Source: Spirochaetales bacterium
Lineage (GTDB): Bacteria; Spirochaetota; Spirochaetia; SZUA-6
Reading direction: 5' to 3'
Assembly: GCA_027021365.1 (NCBI GenBank)
Contig: JALUUM010000008.1
Coordinates: 2,804-66,803, forward strand
Length of the DNA: 64,000 bases
Positions 26,849 to 36,330 of the stretch are shown here, piece after piece. The notes under the pieces were generated by a model. It did no database searches, was not told where the DNA came from, and was given only the letters and a program-made list of their open reading frames with translations. The translations under genes were made by a program, and so were the position numbers. Positions within the stretch are counted from its first letter, which is position 1. Every line of letters begins with the position of its first letter.

Positions 26849-27718
26849 ATGATAGCTAAAAAGAATAGCTATATCCTATTTGCACTTCCAGCAGTGCTCC
26901 TGTTTTTGATAATCGTCGTTATTCCGTTACTTTTTACTGTACTGTTTAGTTTTACCGAATGGAGGAGATTTAACATTATAAATTTCGGCACCATGGAACA
27001 TTACATCCGCTCTACAAAAGACCCGGTATTGAGAAAAGCTTTTATCCACAATCTTATATATATTCTATTTACAATATTTTTAGAATCCGGGGTTGGCCTT
27101 ATACTTGCGGGAATAGTTATCCACTTACGTCGTTCTATCATATACAGGAGTCTCTTTTTCTCACCTATAATTCTTCCATCTATTGTTGTAGGTGTCTTGT
27201 GGCGGCAGATATATGCATACCATTCTGGGCTCTTAAATAGCATAATTGGTTTATTCGGTGGTAAGGAAATTGATTGGCTAAGCTATCCTTTTACAATGCT
27301 TTCAGTTTCTATTGTATCCGGGTGGTTATTTTCCGGTTTTTTCATGACTATTTTTTATGCCGGACTTGCAAGAATACCAGATTCTATTATTGAGTCTGCC
27401 AAACTCGACGGGGCCTCTTCTTCTAAAATATTTTTAAAAATAGAACTTCCTCTAATTAAAAACCTAATTATGCTTGCTTTGCTCATTGTTACAACCGGAG
27501 GATTTAAAGGATTTGACCTTTTCCAGATCTTGTTACGGAGAGATCCCATGGAGTCAGGTATTGTCATGCCAGTTTTTCTGGTTCGTGTATTTTTTGAAAA
27601 CCAGGATATTGGTTACGGTTCGGCAGTTTCTGTGCTTTTAACGTTTGTGGTAATTGCCATCATTATTATTATTAACTTTATCAATAAAACTTTTGTAGGA
27701 AAGGTGGAAGAATTTTGA
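26849..27718 (+). CDS. ABC transporter permease (MalF/UgpA-like)
   Basis: 6-TM permease with an EAA-like loop region, 289 aa. Confidence 0.85.
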   Translation: MIAKKNSYILFALPAVLLFLIIVVIPLLFTVLFSFTEWRRFNIINFGTMEHYIRSTKDPVLRKAFIHNLIYILFTIFLESGVGLILAGIVIHLRRSIIYRSLFFSPIILPSIVVGVLWRQIYAYHSGLLNSIIGLFGGKEIDWLSYPFTMLSVSIVSGWLFSGFFMTIFYAGLARIPDSIIESAKLDGASSSKIFLKIELPLIKNLIMLALLIVTTGGFKGFDLFQILLRRDPMESGIVMPVFLVRVFFENQDIGYGSAVSVLLTFVVIAIIIIINFINKTFVGKVEEF

Positions 27719-27725
27719 TAGCGCC

Positions 27726-28580
27726 ATGAAGAGAAAGCATTATTTTTATAACAGGGAATTCTCAGGTTTTTACGGAAAGATTTTAAGCATTTTTCTGATA
27801 CTCGCCTTAATTATATATCTATTGCCTATTGTATGGATGTATATTTCTTCTGCTCGAACAAACGCGGATTTTATTAATGCTCCTTTGAAGATTCCTTCGC
27901 ATCTTTACTTTGGCAACTATGTAAAAGCATTTAAAATGGCGAAAATCGGTTACCATTTTATTATATCATCAATTATTACAACAGTTTCTGTATTCATAAT
28001 TATTGCCTTTTCTTCTCTAGCAGCCTTTTCTTTTTCTCGCTTGCAATATAAGGGGCGAGATCTTCTTTATTCATTATTTTTTCTGGGATTAATTCTTCCT
28101 ACTCAGAGTTTTTTAGTTGGTATGTTTGTTATGTTCAGGGTAACTCATATTCTTAATACCCTTTTTTCTGTTATTCTGCCTATCTCTGCTATAGGTCTTC
28201 CGATTGCTATACTTTTAATAAAGGCATTTTTTGATTCCCTACCCTCTTCTCTAGAGGAAAGTGCCCTCATAGAAGGAGCGAATGTTATCCAGATATTCTG
28301 GTATATAAGTCTGCCTATTGCAAACGCAATTATAGCCACTGTAATTGTTTTTAATACAATAAATGCCTGGAACGAATTTATGCTTCCCTTCGTAATGATA
28401 CAAACTGAAAGACTCAAACCCCTTACAACAAGTCTCTATGTTTTCTCCACAAAACACTCTGCAAAATTAACCCTTAAGCTTGCGGCACTTACAATAATTG
28501 CAACTCCCATGTTCATTGTTTATTTCGTTTTCCAAAATCAAATTCAGAAAGGAATAACTGCCGGAGCCATTAAAGATTAA
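27726..28580 (+). CDS. ABC transporter permease (MalG/UgpE-like)
   Basis: 6-TM permease, 284 aa. No ATPase gene is present in the window. Confidence 0.85.
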   Translation: MKRKHYFYNREFSGFYGKILSIFLILALIIYLLPIVWMYISSARTNADFINAPLKIPSHLYFGNYVKAFKMAKIGYHFIISSIITTVSVFIIIAFSSLAAFSFSRLQYKGRDLLYSLFFLGLILPTQSFLVGMFVMFRVTHILNTLFSVILPISAIGLPIAILLIKAFFDSLPSSLEESALIEGANVIQIFWYISLPIANAIIATVIVFNTINAWNEFMLPFVMIQTERLKPLTTSLYVFSTKHSAKLTLKLAALTIIATPMFIVYFVFQNQIQKGITAGAIKD

Positions 28581-28643
28581 TGTTAATACGGAACACAGTA
28601 GGGTCGTAAAGAATGATACCCTATATAGAGAGGAGAGAATTGA

Positions 28644-29903
28644 ATGGCACACCTTGCACTGAAAGGTGGTAAACCTCTGTATAAGGGCCCCTGGCCCACC
28701 TGGCCGATTGCTAGTGAACCTGAAAAGAATATTTTAAGCAGGGTAATCGACTCCAATAAATGGTCATATAACGGAGATATGGAAAAGACCTTTAATAAAG
28801 AATGGTCGGATTTTACGGGTGCAAATTATTCTTTTTTAGTGTCAAACGGCACAGTAGCGCTTCAACTTGCGCTGGAAGCTCTTGGTATCGGATTCGGAGA
28901 TGAAGTTATTGTTCCGGGTTTAACATGGCAAGCAGATGCCGAAGTTGTCATAAATGTGAATGCAGTACCGATCCTTGTTGATATTGAAGAAGATTCCTGG
29001 TGTATAGACCCGAAAAAAGTAGAGAATGCCTTAACACCCAGGACAAAGGCGATTATTGCTGTACATCTCTTCGGAACTATCTGTGATATTGAAAAACTAA
29101 AAAGAATAGCAAACAGTAAAGGTTTATTTTTAATAGAGGATTGCTCACATCAGCATGGATCTGTTTTTAAAGACAGACACGTAGGCACCTTCGGAGATAT
29201 TGGTACATTTTCGCTTCAGAATACAAAGGTTTTAACCTGCGGGGAGGGTGGCATTATCGTTACAAATAACAGTGAAACGGCTGTTAAGCTCGATGCCTTA
29301 AGAAACTGCGGCCGCAAACCAGAGTCCATATCTTCCGACAAGAATGAAGGGTATTCAAATGAAGGAGATTTAATACAATCCGGCAACTACAGGATTACAG
29401 AGTTTCAGGCGGCTATACTATTGGAGCAGTTTAAACGATTTACTGAACAGGTCAGGATAAGGGACCGTAACGCTGCATACCTTAACAGAGAACTTACTTT
29501 AATTGAAGGGATAAAACCAATGTTAAGGCGTACAGGAACAACAGTGCAGTCCTATTATCAGTTTGCATTCAGGTATGATAGAAAGTATTTCCGTAATGTC
29601 AGTGCAGCTCTTTTTAGAAAAGCTTTAGCAAGTGAGATTGCTTTTGAATTTGATAGCCCGTACAAGCCGCTTAATGACTGGGGGCTTTACAGGCCTTTAA
29701 CTAAAAAGCGACATTATTTAAACAAAGAGTATATGAAATTAATAGACCCTTCCCGCTTTAGGCTTCCGGTATGTTCAAAGGTTTACTACGAAAGCGGTAT
29801 AACAGCCCATCATAGTTTATTGTTAGGGACCAAAGAACAGTGCAGCCTTGTTATCGAGGCAGTTAAAAAGATTAAGAAAAATAGCAATGAGCTCTTAGAA
29901 TAA
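28644..29903 (+). CDS. DegT/DnrJ/EryC1/StrS-family PLP-dependent sugar aminotransferase (second copy)
   Basis: N-terminus MAHLALKGGKPLYKGPWPTWPI parallels that of 24113..25318; 419 aa. Confidence 0.85.
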   Translation: MAHLALKGGKPLYKGPWPTWPIASEPEKNILSRVIDSNKWSYNGDMEKTFNKEWSDFTGANYSFLVSNGTVALQLALEALGIGFGDEVIVPGLTWQADAEVVINVNAVPILVDIEEDSWCIDPKKVENALTPRTKAIIAVHLFGTICDIEKLKRIANSKGLFLIEDCSHQHGSVFKDRHVGTFGDIGTFSLQNTKVLTCGEGGIIVTNNSETAVKLDALRNCGRKPESISSDKNEGYSNEGDLIQSGNYRITEFQAAILLEQFKRFTEQVRIRDRNAAYLNRELTLIEGIKPMLRRTGTTVQSYYQFAFRYDRKYFRNVSAALFRKALASEIAFEFDSPYKPLNDWGLYRPLTKKRHYLNKEYMKLIDPSRFRLPVCSKVYYESGITAHHSLLLGTKEQCSLVIEAVKKIKKNSNELLE

Positions 29904-29920
29904 AAAAGAGAGATGTAAGA

Positions 29921-30679
29921 ATGCAGATAAACGAATTAATTCCGATTCCGGTAATAGATAAATGTAAAAAACTTCTATGTATTCAGCCACACCCTGATGA
30001 TATGGATATAAGCGCAGGAGGTATTATTGCTTATCTTGCAGAAAAAGGTACGGAAATAACATATTTAACAATTACAGACGATTCATCCGGCTTTATCACT
30101 TTAAGAATACCCCATAGAAAACGAAAAAATATTAGAAAGCAAGAACAGGTAAGTGCAGGCAGAATACTGGGGGTAAAAACCTATTACTGGCTGGACTATT
30201 GTGATGCACGTGACTGGAGTCTATATAAAGTACGAAACAGAATTATAGAATATATAAGGCTTATTAAACCGGACTTTGTTCTAACTGTAGATCCCTGGCT
30301 TAGCTATGAGGCGCATAGGGATCATGTTAAATGCGGATTAGCAGTTAGTGAAGCAGTAATACTCCAGAGCCTTCCCTATATAAAAACCCACAGGAGGATA
30401 GACAAAAACTATAGCCCCTATGAGATAAAAGGGATTGCATTTTCTTTTACTGCACATCCCAATACTGTAATTAATACCAAGAAATTCAGAGAGAAAAAGT
30501 TCAAAGCTATTGCAGAACATAAATCTCAGTTTAGCAAGAATGACATTGAGTTGTTGTCTAAGTACGATGAAATACACAACAGTAAACTTGCCGAAAATTA
30601 TGACTTTGATTACGGAGAAGGTTTAAAGGTTCTAAATCCTTCCATGCTCCACTGTTTTGCAGAGGCGGAGTTGGTATAA
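29921..30679 (+). CDS. PIG-L/LmbE-family N-acetylglucosaminyl deacetylase
   Basis: HPDDMDISAGG is the PIG-L HPDDE motif; 252 aa. Confidence 0.75.
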   Translation: MQINELIPIPVIDKCKKLLCIQPHPDDMDISAGGIIAYLAEKGTEITYLTITDDSSGFITLRIPHRKRKNIRKQEQVSAGRILGVKTYYWLDYCDARDWSLYKVRNRIIEYIRLIKPDFVLTVDPWLSYEAHRDHVKCGLAVSEAVILQSLPYIKTHRRIDKNYSPYEIKGIAFSFTAHPNTVINTKKFREKKFKAIAEHKSQFSKNDIELLSKYDEIHNSKLAENYDFDYGEGLKVLNPSMLHCFAEAELV

Positions 30680-30717
30680 GCTAAATTTCTTCTCTTTGAA
30701 ATAATATGGAGGTTTAA

Positions 30718-31737
30718 ATGGTCAAAGTAGCTATTGTTGGTTTAGGGTTTATGGGAAAAATGCATCTGGGAATTTATCTTAATAAACTTCAGGATGTCAA
30801 AGTTACTGCAATATGTGATGAAAATATAAATTCTCTAAATATTAAGAACCTTGCCTCAAAAGGAAATATTAAAATAAGTGAAGGAGTTGTCGATCTTTCG
30901 GGAATAGAAAAATATAAAAATTACGAGTTGATGCTTAAAAATGGTGGGTTTGATTTCGTAGATATATGTCTCCCGACATTTCTTCACAAGAATGCGATAA
31001 TCAAGGCACTAGAGGCAAATTATCATGTATTCTGTGAAAAACCTCTTGCACTTACACTCGAAGAGGGAAATAAGATAATGGAAAAAGTAAAAGAAACAGG
31101 AAAGCTTTTTGCAGTAGGACAGTGTTTAAGATATTGGCCGGCTTATTCTGCAATAAAAAAACTTATAGATAAAGGAAAATATGGAAAAGTCAGTTATGCT
31201 GAATTCGCAAGGTTTTCAGCTACCCCAGAATGGGCTTGGAAAAGCTGGCTTTTGGACAATAATAAATCTGGCAATGCGGCCCTAGATCTTCACATACATG
31301 ATGTGGATATGGTTCTCTATCTCTTTGGCAGACCAAAAAGTGTAAGATCAGCAGGAGTTTTCTGGCAAAATGAGAGTATTGCACATATAACAACAATATA
31401 CAGATACAATGATAAATTAGTAAGTTCCACAGGGGGCTGGATATGTACTAAAAGTTATGGATTCAATATGAGAGCATTTTACATATTAAAAGAAGCTACT
31501 ATAGAACTAGATTTCTCAAAAAGTCCCATTGTCAATATATTTCCCAATAAAGGCAAACCATATGCTTTGACTCTTGCGGAAGATGATGGATACTACTATG
31601 AACTTAAAGATTTTGTTAAGAGCATAGCAAAAGGAAGACTATCCGGAATTGTAAACGTGGAAACTGCATTTGAATCCCTTGAGGTTTGTCTATCTGAAAT
31701 AGATTCTGCAAAAACGAAAAAAGAAATATTTTTATAA
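30718..31737 (+). CDS. Gfo/Idh/MocA-family oxidoreductase
   Basis: MVKVAIVGLGFMGKMH Rossmann N-terminus; 339 aa. Confidence 0.8.
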   Translation: MVKVAIVGLGFMGKMHLGIYLNKLQDVKVTAICDENINSLNIKNLASKGNIKISEGVVDLSGIEKYKNYELMLKNGGFDFVDICLPTFLHKNAIIKALEANYHVFCEKPLALTLEEGNKIMEKVKETGKLFAVGQCLRYWPAYSAIKKLIDKGKYGKVSYAEFARFSATPEWAWKSWLLDNNKSGNAALDLHIHDVDMVLYLFGRPKSVRSAGVFWQNESIAHITTIYRYNDKLVSSTGGWICTKSYGFNMRAFYILKEATIELDFSKSPIVNIFPNKGKPYALTLAEDDGYYYELKDFVKSIAKGRLSGIVNVETAFESLEVCLSEIDSAKTKKEIFL

Positions 31738-31952
31738 GTTAAGTATTTACAACTTTAAAATTCTTTTTATAGAATTCCGGAATATCTGTAACGGTATAAA
31801 AGCAACATGGCTTTGAGAATAAAATTGTGATAAATTTTTATCAATAATTTGTAATATAAAAAGCAATTAAAATAATTGTATTTTCCCCCATTCTGTGGTA
31901 ATATCTAATAATAAAACACTAATATTCAATAAAAGTTATCCAAAGGGAAGAA

Positions 31953-33824
31953 ATGTCCATCCTGTTTTTCATTTCATTGGCAATCACTGACTCTCTGTTA
32001 ATCTATCTCAACTTTAACTCAAATACAATTCTATTAGTCTCTGCAATAATTGTAACTAATGTTTCGTATCTTGCAGGAATCTTACTGTATCGTAAGTTGT
32101 CAAAAAAAGCCAACTCACTCGATGATGAACTAAGAACAACGAGAGAAGAATTATCGAAGACTCTCAAAGAAATATATGAATATACCCAAACGTTGGAAGA
32201 GAACAATAGGAAGATAGACGAACTCGAAGCTGGAAATATCAGTGATCAGGAGCAGATAAACGAGATTCTTTCCGAACTTTCTCTTTATACAAATCAACTT
32301 GAAAGTATAGTAAATACCATAGATTCGGGAATATGTACCATCGATAAGAACTACATCATACAGGCTGATTTCAACAGAAGCTTTAAAAAGATATTCGGTG
32401 AGAGGGAATACTGGGAATCCTCGATTTTCGATACTATCTTCTATAACCTCGATCCGGAGAAAAAAAGGGAGTTAAGAGAATTCCTGGAAATTTCTTTTTC
32501 TAACTCTGCAACTTCCGACAGTATGATTAATGCAGCAAACCCAGTTTCTGAGTTCATCTACATATACAATGAAAAAGGCAAAGTAGAAGAAAAACACATA
32601 TCCATGAAGGTCTCAAGAATATTCAACGAAAAAAAACAAGTAGAAAAACTGATGTTCATCTTTACAGATGTGACACTTCAGAAACTAATGGAAGAAAATA
32701 TTAGAGTAAAAGAGAGAAAATATCAAAACGAATTAGAACTCCTTACCAACATATTTCAATATGAAAAAGAGTTCATCGTATCATTTGTCAATGACCTGAA
32801 TGAACGTCTGCATTTGATTAAGGATAAGATAGATTCTCTGAAAGTTGATGAAATAAACGAAGAAACACTCAAAGAAATTCAGCGTGCAATACATTCAATA
32901 AAAGGAGAAGCCTTTTCACTCGGTTTCAAACAGCTGGCTGAAACATCTGCTGAAATGGAAGAATACATAAAAACCAATTTCAAGAAACCGATCTCCACAG
33001 AGCAAAACCTGGTAATATTAACACATTACACGAAAATAAAAGAAAAAGCCGACCAACTGAATGAAGTAGCCAGAAAAATATTCAGCTACAGTAAAGGTGA
33101 AAAATTAGAAAGCAACAAGCTGTATATTTACCGGGACACCTACAATGAGTTCAAATCCGATTTCAAAAATATAATAAGGTTGAGTGAAGGTGGGAAATTG
33201 GATAGAAAAATCCTGGAGGATTATTACAAGAAAATATTGAAGCTCGACTGGGTTAGTCTGGAGAAACTGAAAGAGGAATTGAAAATTGTAACAGAAAAGA
33301 CCGCAACCACTTACGGGAAGGATGTTGAATTCAATTTCATATATGATTTTGACGGGCTTCCTATAACAACATATAAACTGTTAAAAGAAGTTTTTTTACA
33401 CCTAATAAGGAACAGTATTTCACATGGCATAGAAGAGCCGGAAGAACGGGTTGAGAAAGGAAAATCTCGTACCGGAAAGATTAATATACACCTCTACGAA
33501 GAAGACAATGCCTTTATAGCAAGATACTCTGATGATGGGAAAGGCCTCGATACAGACAATATATTAAAACAAGCCATAAAGAAAGGTCTTATATCAGAAG
33601 ATGAAGCCAGGAAAATGGATGAAAAATCGGTAATGAACCTGATATTTGCAGACGGATTTTCAGTTAAGGAAAACAGCGATATGGTTTCGGGAACGGGAGT
33701 GGGAATGTCCATTGTAAAAAACAACGTATTGTATCTTCTTCATGGAAAACTTACATTGAAAAACACCCCATCTCGCGGTGTATCATTTACAATAAAATTT
33801 CCAAAAGGAGAACAGAATGAGTGA
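31953..33824 (+). CDS. membrane-anchored CheA-like histidine kinase (HPt + HATPase) lacking a CheW-like P5 domain
   Basis: N-terminal TM helices. HPt motif RAIHSIKGEAFSLGF, as in the CheA P1 HSIKG box. HATPase N-box HLIRNSISHGIE, G1 box DDGKGLD and G2 box SGTGVGMSIV. The protein ends right after the HATPase domain. Confidence 0.7.
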   Translation: MSILFFISLAITDSLLIYLNFNSNTILLVSAIIVTNVSYLAGILLYRKLSKKANSLDDELRTTREELSKTLKEIYEYTQTLEENNRKIDELEAGNISDQEQINEILSELSLYTNQLESIVNTIDSGICTIDKNYIIQADFNRSFKKIFGEREYWESSIFDTIFYNLDPEKKRELREFLEISFSNSATSDSMINAANPVSEFIYIYNEKGKVEEKHISMKVSRIFNEKKQVEKLMFIFTDVTLQKLMEENIRVKERKYQNELELLTNIFQYEKEFIVSFVNDLNERLHLIKDKIDSLKVDEINEETLKEIQRAIHSIKGEAFSLGFKQLAETSAEMEEYIKTNFKKPISTEQNLVILTHYTKIKEKADQLNEVARKIFSYSKGEKLESNKLYIYRDTYNEFKSDFKNIIRLSEGGKLDRKILEDYYKKILKLDWVSLEKLKEELKIVTEKTATTYGKDVEFNFIYDFDGLPITTYKLLKEVFLHLIRNSISHGIEEPEERVEKGKSRTGKINIHLYEEDNAFIARYSDDGKGLDTDNILKQAIKKGLISEDEARKMDEKSVMNLIFADGFSVKENSDMVSGTGVGMSIVKNNVLYLLHGKLTLKNTPSRGVSFTIKFPKGEQNE

Positions 33825-34539
33825 GAAATATAAAAAGCCGGAAAAATTAGCGGAAGGTAATTACTGGGTTGGATATACTAACACAGACTCCGCCTTTCGT
33901 ACCAATGCTTACATAATTCAATCCGGAGATGAAATCGCTCTTATAGATGCAGGTTCAGCTTGGTTTTTCAAGAACATGTCAGCTCAAATTGAAACCATAG
34001 TAGATGTAAACAAGATAAAGTATTTTATTCAGCACCATCAGGACCCGGATCTCTGTTCAAGCCTCCCTTTCTGGGAAAAGAAAATTGGTCCAAGAAAAAT
34101 TCTTGCTCATTCCAAGGCTAATATTCTTATCTACCATTACGGAGTCAAATCCGAATTGGTTAACGTGGATTTTATTAATTGGGAACTACAGATGCCGGAC
34201 AGACTAATTAAGTTCATATTCATGCCTTATATGCATTCCCCCGGAGAAATAATGACCTATGATACAAAGACAAAGGTCTTATTCAGCGGAGACATTTTTG
34301 GAGGGCTTTCATTCGACTGGCATCTTTATGCAAATGAAGACTATTTTGAGGCCATGGACGCTTTTATGGAACATTATATGCCCTCGAAAGAGATAGTAAA
34401 TATTAATATGAAAAAAATCGAAAACCTTGAAATATCTATGATATGTCCCCAGCACGGCTCAATAATACCGGGTGACAGGGTAAAAGATGCTATTGAAAAT
34501 ATGAAGAATCTCGAGTGCGGCAGCTATCTTTATGAGTAA
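33817..34539 (+). CDS. metallo-beta-lactamase-fold protein resembling the flavodiiron-core / ODP-type di-iron O2/Fe sensor
   Basis: MBL-fold motifs (ALIDAGS; HHQDPD; FMPYMHSPGE; MICPQHGSII). Size of about 240 aa with no flavodoxin domain. Sits in a chemotaxis-like operon as described for spirochaete ODP (established knowledge, from memory). Confidence 0.55.
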   Translation: MSEKYKKPEKLAEGNYWVGYTNTDSAFRTNAYIIQSGDEIALIDAGSAWFFKNMSAQIETIVDVNKIKYFIQHHQDPDLCSSLPFWEKKIGPRKILAHSKANILIYHYGVKSELVNVDFINWELQMPDRLIKFIFMPYMHSPGEIMTYDTKTKVLFSGDIFGGLSFDWHLYANEDYFEAMDAFMEHYMPSKEIVNINMKKIENLEISMICPQHGSIIPGDRVKDAIENMKNLECGSYLYE

Positions 34540-34556
34540 GAAAAAGGAGATTTAGT

Positions 34557-34832
34557 ATGAATGTGTATAAAAACATGATGGATGTTATTGTAAGAAGAGA
34601 GTTTGCTCTGCTCGGCAGATATCAGACCAGGGAAATATTTAAAAACGCCGGTATTAATATAGACGAAAAAGGCAATATAAGAAATCCGGATGATATTGAA
34701 CCGGAAGATATAGATAAAATATTAAATGAATTAAAAAAGCAAATAGGTTTTATTAGCATCCTTGTAGTTAAGCTCCCTTTGCGGAGATTGGCCATACAGA
34801 ACAATGTTAAGCTACCGAAAACAATTTTGTAA
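34557..34832 (+). CDS. hypothetical protein (91 aa)
   Basis: ORF with GGAG RBS in operon context; no recognisable domain. Confidence 0.3.
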   Translation: MNVYKNMMDVIVRREFALLGRYQTREIFKNAGINIDEKGNIRNPDDIEPEDIDKILNELKKQIGFISILVVKLPLRRLAIQNNVKLPKTIL

Positions 34833-34847
34833 TAACAGGTAATCAAA

Positions 34848-35219
34848 ATGAAAATACTGGTAGTCGATGATTCCAGAATAATGCGAAATGTCCTGAAAAA
34901 TATTTTAAAAGAGAAGCAGATAGATGAAAATGCAATACTCGAAGCCGGCAACGGGGTCGAGGCTCTGGAGATGCTTAAAAACAATGAGGTTGATCTCATA
35001 CTTCTTGACTGGAATATGCCTAAATTAAATGGAATAGAACTAGTCAAAATAGTGAGGAACCATGAGAGACTTAAAGAGATTCCCATAATTATGGTAACTT
35101 CTGAAGCAGCCAGATACAATGTAATGGAGGCAATAAAAGCAGGAGTTACCGATTACATCATAAAGCCTATTAGAGGGGAAATAGTACATAAAAAACTCGA
35201 AGAATTACTGGGACAATAG
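34848..35219 (+). CDS. CheY-like single-domain response regulator
   Basis: MKILVVDDSRIMRNVL...DLILLDWNMPKLNG...MVTSE carries the canonical receiver DD/D/T/K residues. Confidence 0.9.
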   Translation: MKILVVDDSRIMRNVLKNILKEKQIDENAILEAGNGVEALEMLKNNEVDLILLDWNMPKLNGIELVKIVRNHERLKEIPIIMVTSEAARYNVMEAIKAGVTDYIIKPIRGEIVHKKLEELLGQ

Positions 35220-35230
35220 AAGGACAGCCA

Positions 35231-35698
35231 ATGAATGTAAAATACATAAATCCTTTTATAAGTGCAACAATTAATACTTTCAAAGGTTTTTTGGGTGCCG
35301 ATTTGAAAACAGAGAAACCATCTCTTTTCGATAGCAATAAAAGTGAAATCAGATACGACATATCAGGTATAATCGGGCTAGCCGGGGAAGTCAGAGGAGC
35401 CGTCGTTATCAGCTTTCCAAAGCTTGTTGCCCTGAAAATCGTATCGGATTTTTTAAAAGAAGATATCAAGATATTCGGTGAAGACGTGATTGATACTGTT
35501 GGCGAATTGGTAAACATTATAGCCGGAAATGCCAAGAGAGATATGGAAGAATTCAGAATCGTCATTTCGCTTCCTTCGGTAGTCAAAGGCCCAAACCACC
35601 AGATAAGTTGGATGCAGGGTGTTCCGGTAATTCTTATACCTTTTAAAAGCAATTATGGACCGGTGTATCTCTTTGTGAGTTTGAAAGATATAATTTAG
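35231..35698 (+). CDS. CheX/CheC-family CheY-P phosphatase
   Basis: 155 aa. ELVNIIAGNA then P about 21 aa downstream matches the E-x2-N-x22-P motif of the CheC/CheX/FliY family. Confidence 0.75.
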   Translation: MNVKYINPFISATINTFKGFLGADLKTEKPSLFDSNKSEIRYDISGIIGLAGEVRGAVVISFPKLVALKIVSDFLKEDIKIFGEDVIDTVGELVNIIAGNAKRDMEEFRIVISLPSVVKGPNHQISWMQGVPVILIPFKSNYGPVYLFVSLKDII

Positions 35699-35744
35699 GA
35701 CAATATAGATGGGTCAATGAATCAACATTTGCTACAACCATCAA

Positions 35745-36326
35745 TTGAATTCAAAACATACTGAGCGGGACTATCGGAAGTTGAGTATCGGTAAGAATGT
35801 ATACAAACAAAAAATAGTGATGCTTGGCGATTTTGCAGTAGGTAAAACCAGCCTTGTAAACAGGTATGTTTACAATATCTTCAGTGAAAAGTATATAGCC
35901 ACTTTGGGAGTCAGAGTTTCGAAAAAAGACGTTACATTGACTTTAAACAATAAAACAATAAATGTAACCATTCTGCTTTGGGATATAAACAGTGAAGACA
36001 GGTTCCAGCGTGTCCTGCCCCAGTACATCATGGGGGCAAATGGCGCTGTTATTGTAGCCGATGTGACAAGACCTGAAACGATAGAGAATCTGAAACATCA
36101 CATTGAATATTTCCGTACATATGCCGGAGGTAAGGGGATCGTATTGAGCCTGAACAAGACAGACTTGATTAATTATGATCAATTTGGATTCCTTAAACAA
36201 AAAATGGAAAGAGATGCGATTTTTTCAAAAATGCAAACTTTTTTTACAAGTGCCAAAGAGAATCAAAACATAGAAGATCTTTTTATCAACCTTGCCCGCT
36301 TATCGATTGTTTCTAAGGAAGGGTGA
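35745..36326 (+). CDS. Ras-like small GTPase with a non-canonical G3 motif
   Basis: G1 GDFAVGKTSL, G2 Thr in YIATLG, G4 NKTD and G5 TSAKE are all present. G3 is WDINSED instead of WDTAGQE, so the DxxG glycine and catalytic Gln are absent. Confidence 0.7.
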   Translation: MNSKHTERDYRKLSIGKNVYKQKIVMLGDFAVGKTSLVNRYVYNIFSEKYIATLGVRVSKKDVTLTLNNKTINVTILLWDINSEDRFQRVLPQYIMGANGAVIVADVTRPETIENLKHHIEYFRTYAGGKGIVLSLNKTDLINYDQFGFLKQKMERDAIFSKMQTFFTSAKENQNIEDLFINLARLSIVSKEG

Positions 36327-36330
36327 ATCG

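Noticed and set aside
34622-35119. 165-aa minus-strand ORF spanning the small hypothetical gene and the CheY gene
   Set aside because: The CheY reading frame on the plus strand has an unmistakable receiver signature. The minus frame is Ser/Ile/Phe-rich AT-driven noise.
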